Of a DNA stretch of 64,000 bases, positions 26,216-39,029 are shown piece after piece. A program made the translations under genes and the position numbers. A model generated the notes under the pieces. That model saw only the letters and a list, made by a program, of their open reading frames with translations. It was not told the origin of the DNA and did not search any database. The first letter of the stretch is position 1, and every line of letters begins with the position of its first letter. Source of the DNA: Octopus sinensis (Eukaryota); the NCBI RefSeq assembly GCF_006345805.1, contig NC_043020.1, positions 18,662,001 through 18,726,000 of the forward strand. Reading direction: 5' to 3'.

Positions 26216-26673
26216 TCACTGCTATGTCTTAATTGGAGAAAATTTATGATGCGGTTCAGCTGCGAAGTTATGAAAAACTTGTCTGCCACACCTTCTTGTC
26301 ACTATGCGGGTAAACTTTCAAAGCCATCTTATGTCGGCGTAAATATTTTGAGCATATATATATATATGTGTATGTATGTATGTATATATATATGAGACTG
26401 TGTGTGAAAATGATTATTGTTTTAAAGGCAGTATAATCAAGTAATTAGGTAATATCAAATTTATTTATTTATTAACTATCGCTGAAATTCAATCAGTGAT
26501 AGTTAATAAACAACAATAGCTTTTAGCGATACAAGAAGAAGGTTTGTCTAAGTATGTACATCCGTACATAATTTTACGCGCACACTCTTATTCGTTTATA
26601 AGCACCGTATGTATGCGTGTACATACATACATACATATTTACATACATACATGCACACACACACACACACATG

Positions 26674-26765
<92 letters not shown>

Positions 26766-26838
26766 GGATTGATAGTTTTATATATAGATGTACATCTATC
26801 TATATATATATGTATATATCTATAATATATATGTATAC

Positions 26839-26902
<64 letters not shown>

Positions 26903-27990
26903 GAATGCAGAACAATAGAGGACAAAGACACAATTATAAATAACAGCTTTCGGTTAAAACAACGTCACAAACATAATACGGGAACGTAAGAAAAATCCGC
27001 AAATGAGATACAGCTGTAAGCTACGAGTTATATCTATCTATATCTATCAATATTTATCTATTTAAATGTATATAAATATATATAAATATATGTCTCTGTG
27101 TATGTAGGTGTGCGTGTACGTGTATGTTGGTATATATATGTGCGTATGTCTATGTATTTTGGTTTGTATCGAGTGTATATGTGTGTAGTGACACCCACAC
27201 ATACAGAATCAGAGACCAACCACGAATTGCTAAAATTAGAATAGAGTAATATGTATTTTTACCTGTTTTCTATAAATACAGCCATTGCACAAACACCAGC
27301 CATTCCGCCCATGCCCCCCACCACACACACACACAAACGTACACATATATCCGTTTACTCGACTGCATGCCCTTGAAGATACACATGTACATAACTGTAG
27401 AAACGTACACACGTGTATTTTTTGCTTATATGTTTTTCCCCCGTTGCTGCGTAAATTATAGGATGTATGTAAATGCGTGTAGATGCATGCGTATGCGTGT
27501 AAAATCAACCGTCACCATTGTTAAACGTGACAATGAATAAATGATTTCTACACCATTACCAACCTTTAGTCAAACCGATGTTTAATATCCATCTGTCCAT
27601 TTAACATTATTTGCCTTTTTCTTTACGGTTTTTCCCCTTGTTTTTGTCTTGTTTTCGTTTCTGATTCTATTCTCACCTAAGATGTTTTATTTGGAATATT
27701 ACTGTTTCCAGTACTTGGTCAGTATTTTACGTTATCGATCTCTAAAGAATGGTAAGAGTAATAATGACAGGGAAGAGCAAAAGCAGCGGCTGTGCTATTA
27801 AGATGCCACGAGGCGTTTTAATTACAACCTTTTTACGAAATACCAGCAGGAGGCACAAAGACGAGCAGCTCCGACCAACTCGCTACTTCGCCAAATACAG
27901 AAAAGAAACCCAAACAGACTGGAAGGTGGTGTTCCAGCATGGCCCCAGCCTCTGGCTTAAACCAGTAACAGAAAAGAAACTATATATATA

Positions 27991-28208
27991 CAGAAACGTT
28001 AGCGCGCCGGGCGAAATGTTTAGCGGTATTTCGTCTGTTGTTACGTTCTGAGTTCAAATTCTGCCGAGGTCGACTTTGCCTTTCATCCTTTCGGGGTCGA
28101 TAAATAAAGAACCAGTTTCGCACTGGGGTCGATGTAATCGACTTAATCCGTTTGTCTGTCCTTCTTTGTCCCCTCTATGTTTAGCCCCTTGTGGGTAGTA
28201 AAGAAATA
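27991..28208 (+). mobile_element. SINE family A
   Basis: Near-identical to 10667 and 53975 copies; first ~15 nt missing. Confidence 0.9.
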
Positions 28209-28440
28209 TATATATATACATACACACCGCGCGCGCACACACACACACACATATATATATCTATGTATTATTCAAAGGAATTCCAACTCTGTTTTTTTAT
28301 GTTTTATTTATATTCTTTATAATATTAATGTAGAATATAGAATATATAGTATAAATAGTATATATAATGTTAAATGAAATGAAGTATTGATTGTCTTATT
28401 GAATTATTGAATAGATGAAATATTGAATATGAAATATTAA

Positions 28441-28484
28441 GGGACTAGTATACTTTCTTGCATTAAAGCAGTCTTCAAGGTCCC
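28441..28484 (-). ncRNA. Hammerhead motif with a one-nt core anomaly (HHR-3)
   Basis: GGGAC-CTTGAAGA-CTGC tttaat GCAA-GAAA-GTATAC-TA-GTCCC; perfect AGUAUACU helix III palindrome. Confidence 0.65.
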
Positions 28485-28530
28485 AGGTTGTGACAGGATT
28501 GTTTCATATATATACATACACACACACACA

Positions 28531-28585
<55 letters not shown>

Positions 28586-28587
28586 GT

Positions 28588-29205
28588 ATACACAAATATA
28601 AGAGAGAATCCACTATGTGGACGCTCTTACTAGATCCGCAATGGTCTCAACCACCAAGAATTGTTCTCAAGGAAAATTAGCAGAACTATGAACGTAAGCG
28701 AGCAGGACAAATGAAAAATAACAAAAATGTAGATTAACCCTAGACAATTGTTTCACTGTTAATAGATTATGCAATTTTACTTACACAATAAATCCACAGC
28801 TCATCAGTAGGATTCGTCATGAATATAATTTGCTGAACTGCACGCCAGATTTTAACACAAAGTCAAACACACGAGTAGTTCAGCCTATTATATTCGCAGT
28901 TATGATTCAAATGCCCTCGTTATAGCGCGCCAAAATTCCCGGAAACATGCTGCATAAATAATTTATTGCAGTATAATTAAAATAAAAAATAAGGGTGAAA
29001 AAATTGGATATTAATTTAATAACATCAATTTAACCCCAAGTGGTTTAGCGCATAAAAACTGGGATTCAATAAATATTAATACACAAATATAAGAGAGAAT
29101 CCACTATGTGGACGCTCTTGCGCTAAAAATTTGTCCTGCTCGCTTACGTTCATAGTTGTGCTAATTTTCCTTGAGAACAATTCTTGGTGGTTGAGACCAT
29201 TGCGG
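28588..29205. repeat. Direct-plus-inverted repeat mosaic
   Basis: 41-bp direct repeat 28588-28628 / 29079-29119; 77-bp inverted repeat 28636-28712 / 29129-29205 (1 mismatch). Confidence 0.92.
28736..28814 (-). ncRNA. Type I hammerhead ribozyme with intact core (HHR-4)
   Basis: AATCCTA-CTGATGA-GCTGT..ACAGT-GAAA-CAATTG-TC-TAGGGTT; 7-bp helix I, extended helix II, ACAAUUGU palindrome, GUC site. Confidence 0.88.
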
Positions 29206-29620
29206 AAAGGCCACATTAGAGCGGAGTGTCCTCCACCACTAGAAAAGAACAAGAAGAGACAGGAGGAAAAAGTGGTTGGTGCTACACCATGTAGTTGGGG
29301 AGCAAGCTTCTTCATTTCATGAAAATTGGCCATAAAGGACTTGCACAGAGGGGACAGCACAAGGTGGGGACCAAAAAAGAAACGAATGGAATGAATGAAT
29401 GAAATTATATAATGAAAGATGAAATGAAGTCGCCCGGTCGCCACCTCCGAGCGACTTCATTGAACCTACCAATACAACCTTTTTTTAAAAAAATAGTTTA
29501 CAATGCTTTTCTTTTCTTTATAGCGACACCTAATTACTATTCTTCTGAAGAACGTTTGCATTATATTTTTATCAAATATCCTGTAAATTTACTTGTTTCG
29601 CATCGGCATCCGAAACTCAG

Positions 29621-30199
29621 AGTTTTATCTTGGCTACCGAATAATTGTCACATATTATATTTACAGATAAATTCCTCTATTTACATAATATTGAGCTCTC
29701 TTTCTTTCTTTGTTATCTTACCGTTTTTACCAATACACACACACATATATATTATATAATTATATATATATATATATAATATATATATATATATATAGAA
29801 ATTCGGGGTGAGTACTTGATAATTGTAAGCACCTGTATATACCGTTAGTGGTGTAGTGGTGGAGTAAATTAATCAAATAAAAACATGATGCCAAGGATTC
29901 AGCGGTACATAAGTTTCGGGCCTTTATTAGACGGATTTATAACAATGCATAATGTATGTCTGTGGCCTTCTTCAGCCGCGCACAACTTCCACAAGGACAT
30001 GTATTACATCAAAAATTCTTGGTTGGGGATGCAAATCCTCTCATTCGCGTACGACATAATGCGGCAACAGCATAAAAATGAAGCGTCCATCTCGTTCTTC
30101 TCTCAATGTAGAATGAGGAAATCTGGATGTTGAAGTAATGTAAATAAATTAATAAATAAATAATACATATATAAATATACATACATATATATATATATA

Positions 30200-30283
<84 letters not shown>

Positions 30284-30391
30284 TAAAAACGAAGATAACA
30301 AAAAAAAAGAAAGAGACCTCAATATTATGTAATAGAGGAATTTATCTGTAAATATAATATGTTACAATTATTCGGTAGCCAAGATAAAACT
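29621..30391. repeat. ~115-bp inverted repeat pair
   Basis: 29621-29735 is the reverse complement of 30277-30391 with a few differences. Confidence 0.88.
29902..29979 (-). ncRNA. Type I hammerhead motif (HHR-5)
   Basis: GCGG-CTGAAGA-A GGCC..GGCC C-GAAA-CTTATG-TA-CCGC; GUA site. Confidence 0.7.
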
Positions 30392-30398
30392 TGGCTAC

Positions 30399-30430
<32 letters not shown>

Positions 30431-30667
30431 TATTTGCTTGTGTCTGTGTTTGTCCCTCCATACCATCGCTTGACAAACGACGTTGGTATGTTTATATTCC
30501 AGTAACTTAGCGGTCCGGCATAAATGATCGATGGAATAACTACGAGGCTTGGGCCGATTTGTTCGACTAAAATCCCTTAAGAAATTGCTCAATAATGGCT
30601 GCAGTCAAATGACTGAAACAAAAAAATTAATATATATGTATGTATGTAAATTATTCAGTTTTATTGC

Positions 30668-31200
30668 TAAAGGACCGGTTTCTAACCTAGATCCAACGCA
30701 CCTTCATTGGAGTTTCAACAATATCAACAGGGCATTTTTGTAAGTATGTATGTATGTATGTATGTATGTGTGCAGATTTGTATGTTTTGTTTTATGGGAT
30801 ATCTTCTCATGCATATACTTGCATATCTAAATATGCTCATATATACTTAAATGATAATATTCTGAAAAGTTTTATAGACATTTACAGTTTTAGTGATTGT
30901 TTGGAACTGTAGTCTTCGAATCAACTTTCTTCTTTCTGGTTTTGAGAAGCTCAATTTCTGAAGATCGTTATTTAAGCAGTGTGTTACATATCTCAGGTAT
31001 AAACCGGAACTTGTAAGCTGGATAGAATAACTGCAGATTTCTCAATAGTTCAGCATAGGTATTCTCTTTTTAACTGATCTTCAGTTTTATGTTAACATCC
31101 ACTGGGCAACTGATTTCCACAACTGTACAAAGTTTCTCTTCTCTATCCCAAATAATTATATCAGGTCTATTATGTTTACATTTTATTGAAGTTTTCACCA
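30668..31200 (-). mobile_element. RLE-type LINE 3' end (second family)
   Basis: KTSIKCKHNRPDIIIWDREEKLCTVVEISCPVDVNI..YAELLRNLQLFYP..; PD-(D/E)xK-type endonuclease, then 3'UTR. Confidence 0.78.
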
Positions 31201-31248
31201 GGCCATTTCACCAGTAATCCTTTTTCATGAGTGGCTTTAGCGTATGTA

Positions 31249-31300
<52 letters not shown>

Positions 31301-31329
31301 ATACACATACACACGCACACACTCACGAG

Positions 31330-31416
31330 TGGCCGAGTAGTAAGTTGCTTCCCAACTACATCGTCCCGGGTTCAGTCATACACACACACACATACACATA
31401 CACACACACACACATA

Positions 31417-31447
<31 letters not shown>

Positions 31448-31632
31448 CACAGATATATATATATACATATATATGTATGTATGTATGTATGTATTTGCAT
31501 GTTTGCGTGTCTGTATCTGTCCCCCACCATCGCTTAACAACCGATGTTGGTGTGTTTACATCCCCCGCAACTTAGCGGTATGGCAATAGAACCCGATAGA
31601 ATATGTACTAGTCTTACAAAGAATAAGTTTGT
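31330..31632 (+). mobile_element. SINE family B, internally deleted
   Basis: Head to GGTTCAGTC, microsatellite, then CCCCCACCATCGCTTAACAACCGAT body. Confidence 0.75.
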
Positions 31633-31792
31633 TTGACCCTCTGGCTGATAACTGATAAGGATTTGGTGACCTTCTGCGTCTGTCTTGTGTTTGTTCGTGC
31701 ATTTATTGTTTTTTTAACTTATTATATATGTCTGTGTGTGAGTGTGCGTGTATGTATTTCTCTATATCTCTCTCCCTCTCTTTCTCTCTCTT

Positions 31793-31876
<84 letters not shown>

Positions 31877-31896
31877 CTTCATTTAAAAGCAGCAGA

Positions 31897-32013
31897 AATA
31901 TAACAAAGCATTTACTCAGAGTTTCCCGTTCCCGTTTGTCGGACAGTTTTGTTAAAATAGAACTGTCCGACGATCGGGAACGTGAAACTCTGAGTAACAG
32001 CTTTTGTTATATT
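31897..32013. repeat. ~117-bp foldback hairpin
   Basis: AATATAACAAAGC..TTACTCAGAGTTTC..GTCGGACAGTT / AACTGTCCGAC..GAAACTCTGAGTAA..GCTTTTGTTATATT. Confidence 0.88.
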
Positions 32014-32162
32014 GGTCGAACAAATCGACCCAAGGACTTATTCTTTGTTAGCCTAGTAGTTATACTATCGGTCTCTTTTGCTGAACCGCTGTGTTACGGA
32101 GACGTAAACACACCATAATCGGTTGTCAAGCGATGGTAGGGGACAATCACAGATACACAAAT

Positions 32163-32225
<63 letters not shown>

Positions 32226-32374
32226 AGTTTCTGTCTACCAAATCCACTTACAAGGCTTTGGTCGTCCCGAGGCTATAGTTGAAGACACTTGCCCAAGGTG
32301 CCACGCAGTTGGGATTGAACCCGGAAACATGTGTTTGAGAAGAAAGCTTCGTAGCACACAGCCACTCCTGCGCC
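32014..32374 (-). mobile_element. SINE family B
   Basis: Ends in CAGCCACTCCTGCGCC (reverse complement of the SINE head). Confidence 0.88.
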
Positions 32375-32618
32375 TATGTATATATATCTTATATATATGT
32401 GTAGATATGTGCGTATATATATATATGAGAATTTCTGCGAATTCATGATACTTTGTGTTTTATCCAAAATGGAAACGAACAGTATTCCTCTATATGATCG
32501 GCTTGAAAAATTAAGATATTAAGATATTTCTTTTAACATGAAGCCAATGGTAATACATAAATAAAGAAATTCTCTCCACCAATGCGGTGTTGAGCACTCG
32601 TGTGGGTGTATGCACGCA

Positions 32619-32685
<67 letters not shown>

Positions 32686-33134
32686 TGTATGCATGTATGT
32701 ACGCACGTATGTATGCATGTATGTGTGAATGTATGTATGCATGTATGTGTGTATGTATGAATGTATGTATGTATGTATGTATGTTACAGACAGTGAACTG
32801 GGAGAGAAACAAAGCTAAAGGACTCCATTTTGAAAAAGCAGCAGACATCGTACAACAATGAACTAACAGAATTCCTGAAGACTTCCATTGCTATATCCGT
32901 TACCATAAATCCAGTTATTACATCACACCTGAAATCCACTTTCAACCTTTCTAGAATATTCTGACGTTTCTTTTACACATGTACCAAGTTACATTGGAAA
33001 ACGATTGTAGATATGTAGGAAACGAACATATCTAGACTATTAGAGGAAAAGATTGTCTACGACTTTCAATTCAAAACTCTCCTTGCTGTTCTTTATCTAT
33101 TGTCATTTATGGGAGAGATTTTTTTTGTGGCTGC

Positions 33135-33712
<578 letters not shown>

Positions 33713-34075
33713 TTATTCTATGTTTGACTTTTGCTTTATATTTGTACAAGTTGGCTCCAAGTCTCACCCAGAGACCTCAAGAGACAACAGGGTTGGAAGT
33801 TCATGTTGTTGTTATGCCTAGTGTGCCATATATTTGGGGAGTGGGGGTGTTGTACTAATGAATGTCTAAAAAAAAAGTTGTTTTTTTTTTTTTTAAACCG
33901 AAAATTATGTTTGTTTTAAACCTTGAGATTACATAGAAAGTATTTTGCGTAGGATATGAGCAGTTCCCATGAGCACTATCTTTTGAATTTCTGCCATTTT
34001 CGGGTTTCCTGGTATCTGAGTTAGGTAGCTATCAGCCCCTTTTGCTATCATTCCCAGGGCACCTATGACAACAGT
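33713..34075 (-). mobile_element. R4/Dong-like LINE 3' end, copy 1
   Basis: VVIGALGMIAKGADSYLTQIPGNPKMAEIQKIVLMGTAHILRKILSM*, then 3'UTR and (AAT)n. Confidence 0.88.
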
Positions 34076-34091
34076 ATTATTATTATTATTA

Positions 34092-34178
<87 letters not shown>

Positions 34179-34180
34179 CA

Positions 34181-34712
34181 TTCAGTAGTTTTATTTTTAT
34201 AGCGTGCTTTCACTTCACTACCGAGCGCAGCTCTGTGTGCCTTAGGTATGTGTTGTGATTTGTTGTGATGCTCTGATGGTTATTGTATGGAAAGTGTTCT
34301 GCGTAGGATGTGTGCAGTGCCTAGTAGTGCAATTTTCTGTATGTTATATGTGTTTGTAAGTCATGGTGTTTTTGTTATGTATTTGTCTGAATATTTTTTT
34401 ATCATGCCTAATGCACCTACTATGATAGGAATTGTTTCTGATTTTAGATTCCACATTCTGGTTACCTCTTTTTCCAGGTCTTTGTATTTTGAAAGTTTCT
34501 CCATTTCTTTTAGAGACACGTTGTCATCTGCCGGTATTGATACATCAATTGGAAAACATTTTTTTCTTCATGGTCTCTGACAACTATATCTGGTCTGTTG
34601 GCCTTAATTTCTCTATCTGTGTGTATCAGCATATCCCAGAGTATGGTCGCTTTCTCGTTTTCTGTGACCTTTTCTGGTGTGTGCCTATACCATCTTTTTT
34701 CTGTTGTTATTC
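34181..34712 (-). mobile_element. R4/Dong-like LINE 3' end, copy 2
   Basis: ..YNIQKIALLGTAHILRRTLSIQ*; flanked on both sides by (ATT)n. Confidence 0.88.
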
Positions 34713-34718
34713 CATAGG

Positions 34719-34770
<52 letters not shown>

Positions 34771-34775
<5 letters not shown>

Positions 34776-36235
34776 TAGTTTTATTTTTATAGCGTGCTTT
34801 CACTTCACTACCGAGCGCAGCTCTGTGTGCCTTGGGTATGTGCTGTGATTTGTTGTGATGCTCTGATGGTTATTGTATGGAAAGTGTTCTGCGTAGGATG
34901 TGTGCAGTGCCTAGTAGTGCAATTTTCTGTATGTTATATGTGTTTGTAAGTCATGGTGTTTTTGTTATGTATTTGTCTGAATATTTTTTTATCATGCCTA
35001 ATGCACCTACTATGATAGGAATTGTTTCTGTTTTCAGATTCCACATTCTGGTTACCTCTATTTCCAGGTCTTTGTATTTTGAAAGTTTCTCCATTTCTTT
35101 TAGAGACACGTTGTCATCTGCCGGATTGATACATCAATTACAAAGCATTTTTTTCTTCATGATCTCTGACAACTATATCTGTCTGTTGGCTTAATTTCTC
35201 TATCTGTGTGTATCGGCATATCCCAGAGTATGGTTGCTTTCTCGTTTTCTGTGACCTTTTCTGGTGTGTGCCTATACCATCTTTTTTCTGTTGTTATTCC
35301 ATAATGTTGGCATAGCTTCCAATGTATGTAGGTTCCAACTCTGTCATGAGTGTGAAATATTCCTTCTTAGCCAGGACTGGGCAGCTAGAGATACATGATT
35401 TATTGTTTCTTGTCCATCTCCACATATTCTGCAGTTACTTGTAATATTTCTTTTCATTACATGTTTTTGGTAATTTTGGTGGTGGGGAGGTTTTGGTCTT
35501 GTGCTGCAATTAAAAATCCCTCTGTTCTGCTTTGAGTCCTGAGCTTCTCAACCATGCTGGGATTTTCTTTGTCTATTTCTTTTGCGTTTAGTTTAGTCAA
35601 GTTTACCATGAAGGGGCTTTTCTTGCCATCGTTTATCATGGTTCGTTGCTGTTCTATTTTTAGTTTGGATTTCATGTTTTATAGCTTTTGTTGTTTCTTC
35701 TTCATTCTTCTTCTTCTTCTTCTTCTTCTTCTTCTTCTTCTTCTTCTTCTTCTCTTCTTCTTCTTCTTCTTCTTCTTCTTCTTCTTCTTCTTCTTCTTCT
35801 TCTTCTTCTTCTTCTTCTTCTTTCTATTTATTAGGTGGTATGATTTTGTTTGTATTTGTCAGCTTCCTTAAATACTGAGAACAGTTTTTTGTTTTGTTCG
35901 TGTTTTGCCGCTATTTGTATCAGTTTTCCTTCCTTCTGAAGTAGATATTTTTGCAGTCCTATGGTGGTTATTTTATGTAGTTTTCCAGCTGTATAAGGCC
36001 TCTACCACCTTCTATACATTGTATATATAGTCTTTCTATGTCAGATTTTGGGTGATGCATCCTAGATCCTGTCATTATTTTTCTTGTTTTCCTATCTATT
36101 TTGGTCAGTCATTTCGTGTCCAGTTAAGGATATTGTAGCTGTAACTTATAACTGGGACAGCTAAAGTGTTAATACCTATTATCTTGTTTTTAGCATTGAG
36201 CTCTGTTTTTAGTATTGATCTAACTCGTCTATATA
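34771..36235 (-). mobile_element. R4/Dong-like LINE, copy 3 (RT thumb, CCHC region, RLE)
   Basis: KTELNAKNKIIGINTLAVPVISYS..HHPKSDIERLY..GGRGL; TEGFLIAAQDQ; CRICGDGQETINH; interrupted by (TTC)n at ~35700-35820. Confidence 0.9.
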
Positions 36236-36351
36236 TTCTTTTTTTATTTTCTCTTTCATTGTGTGTGTGGTCTTATCTAGTTCATTATTATTTTATTATT
36301 ATTATATTATTATTATATATTATTATATATTATTATTACTATTATTTGTGC

Positions 36352-36534
36352 ACCGGCCAAAATGCTTAGGCATTTCGTCCGTCGCTATGTTCTGAGTTCA
36401 AATTCCGCTGAGGTCGACGTTACCTTTTATCCTTTCGGAGTCGAGGAAATTAAGTACCAGTGAAGCACTGGGGTCGATGTAACTGACTAGTCCCCTCTCC
36501 CCAAATTTCAGGCCTTGTACCTTTAGTAGAAAGG

Positions 36535-36614
<80 letters not shown>

Positions 36615-36790
36615 GACGGCGGGCAGGCTGAATCTTTAGCGGCAAAATGTTTAGCGACATTTCTTCAAGCCCTTTACATTTTGAGATGAAACCCTGCCTT
36701 TCATCCTTTCGAAGTGGACAAAACGAAATACCAGTCAAACACCAGGATCCACATAATTGACTTTCCCCCTCCCCTCAAAAGTGCTGGTTT
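36352..36790 (+). mobile_element. Two tandem SINE family A copies separated by (ATT)n
   Basis: Family A body at 36352-36535 and 36616-36790. Confidence 0.8.
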
Positions 36791-37430
36791 AGTGCCAACA
36801 ATTAAAGTAGTTCCTTCTTATGGCTTGTTCCTGGGCGTCTATTATTTATGATTGCGTTACTTCTTTTGGCTTTCCATCAGTTGATCGCCACCAACCTTCT
36901 TTACTTCCAACATCCTCAGTTTGTTGCCAGAATTGTCCTTGCAATTCCTTCTTTTTCAGTTGTCCTGTCGTCGCTCTTCCAGTCCTTGAATTCTTCTTGT
37001 AACTTTTGGATATTTCTATCAACCCATAGTATTTTTTTCTTAAGTAAGGACAATATAACATTTCAAACCTAATATCGCAGTACTAACGATGCCTTCTACA
37101 TTTAGCAATCCTCAGATTCAGTCTTTTCGTTGTCGGTAGAATCTGTTGGTAGATTCTGTCGATATTACTTTTCGAGTGATATGAGCTGTGCATTGTGAAC
37201 AGCTTCCTAGTTCTTGTAGCGCTCTTGTGGCATGCAAGTATTAGGATACTCTTAACAGAGTAACTTAATATTTGCACGGTCTATGCATATAATGCTTTTA
37301 CAATACTCCTTCCAGTTAGTTATATTTCAAGCACCTTCCTAATCCTTCTCTTGTACTCTTTGGATACTTTCTCTCTTACTTCTCTTTCCATCACGCTATC
37401 GTCCTGCAGCATCCCTGGGTAACTGATTCC
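36790..37430 (-). mobile_element. Older R4/Dong-like LINE fragment
   Basis: KEYKRRIRKVL..RTRKLFTMHSSYHSKSNIDRIY..ELQGQFWQQ..IIDAQEQAI, degenerate. Confidence 0.7.
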
Positions 37431-37619
37431 TTCGTTACTTCTCAGCGATCTAAAGATACTGTCTTGTGGTAATTTTTATACTCTCACAATTAATCTTTCG
37501 TTTTTTTCCCTAATTAACGCTTCGCACTTATTTACCCCAAACTGCACACCTTGCTAAATATGTTTATTGTTTGGATTCGAGACTTTTCATGACAAGGTAA
37601 AAAACTTAAACCAAGCTTG

Positions 37620-37775
37620 ATATCTTCTTTTTCTTCTGGCTGTAGTTTATCCAGTCGAGTTGACATTTTTTTTCTGGCTCTAATTTATCTAGTTGAGTTG
37701 AAACCTTTCTCTAGCTAAGGTTTATTCAGTTGAGTTGATATTTTTTTCTGGCTATAGTTTATCTCGCCGGGACGA
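37620..37775. repeat. Degenerate ~35-bp minisatellite, ~4 copies
   Basis: Recurrent TTTTCTGGCT(A/G)TAGTTTATC(C/T)AGT(C/T)GAGTTGA. Confidence 0.65.
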
Positions 37776-38603
37776 TATCCTTTTATGGGGTGTCATTTAA
37801 CTTTTGTCCAATGCCTGAAACAAATAAAAGATAAAAGGAAAATGCTCTCAATTTCAAACGAAAGCTGCAATACCACTTCAACTCTGAATACTTTTCTAAT
37901 AACAATAACACACTCTTGTATCGGTAATTAAATTGCCTCAATTAATTATCGTCTTAAAACTAATTGCTTTACGAAAGCCTTTGAATACTGTGCATGCGTA
38001 CAATTAGACAATAACAATATGCCATTGGTTTAATTCAAACCAGTCATGGATTGTTTCAAGTATCGTTTACTTCAACATATACATTCACTGAAGTACCTGA
38101 AGAAAAAATTTTAACCAGCTTTTCAAGGCAAATTTTTTTCGTAAAGCAAAAAATAGAAAAGTGAGAGAAAAAGAGATCCATCAGAATTTTAAATGGAATG
38201 GTCTTTCCTTGAACACACACCTCTCTATGCACATGCCCGCCTTCTCTCAACTATGCGATGTGAATTAAACCTTATTTTAAATTTGCCATATTTCAAGTCA
38301 TTCGAGGGTCAAATGAAAGAGCTGAAGTGCTGGACAATTGTAGGCATACCACCAATTCCTTATTTAACACAAAATAAATAAATTCAGAAACAATTAGAAT
38401 ATCATGGATCTTTTCCTGTCTATGTTTGGAAATTTGTAAACTTATAATTCCCTTTCGCTGATTTATTAGACATACACACTTTTCGGATATTTTTTAGATT
38501 CTCGAACATTGTATATACACGGTCCTTTTATGTTTTCGGTGTTCCATATAAATATTTATATGGCCTTGCGTGACCTCATCTCTCACCAGCAATCATTCTT
38601 CTT

Positions 38604-38730
38604 ATTTCTTTACTGCCCACAAGGGGCTACACACAGAGGGGACAAACAAGGACAAAAAAACGGATTAAGTCGATTATATCGACCTCAGTGCATAACTGGT
38701 ACTTATTTAATCTGCCAGATCGACGCCTTA
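38604..38730 (-). mobile_element. Internally deleted SINE A with 16-bp flanking duplication
   Basis: AGCAATCATTCTTCTT at 38588-38603 and 38736-38751. Confidence 0.8.
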
Positions 38731-38981
38731 TAAATAGCAATCATTCTTCTTGCTATTTATTTGAACGTTATCAATAAAACTCTTTTTGCTCCATTTTAAC
38801 CAATCAAAGTTTTTCAAATGTTATTTTTATGTTCTATTTTTCATAATCGCCCGAATATTTCAAACAAGAAACGAAAAGGAACGGAGAGTAACGTTTCAGC
38901 TACACTGGAATGTGTATGAGTGGGCGTAAGTTAATAAACATAGTGCGTGCACGCACGTGTGTGTGTCTATGTATATACCTC

Positions 38982-39029
<48 letters not shown>

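Noticed and set aside
29545-29630. Plus-strand CTGAAGA...GAAACTCAGAGTT hammerhead
   Set aside because: Core strands and a near-palindromic helix III are present, but helices I and II do not pair in this copy
30668-30725. GAAACCGGTC hammerhead-like motif in a LINE 3'UTR
   Set aside because: The core reads CCAAUGA (U4 and G5 lost) and helix II is not formed
34287-35194. Plus-strand ORFs MESVLRRMCAVPSS (two copies)
   Set aside because: They are antisense to the LINE RLE domain
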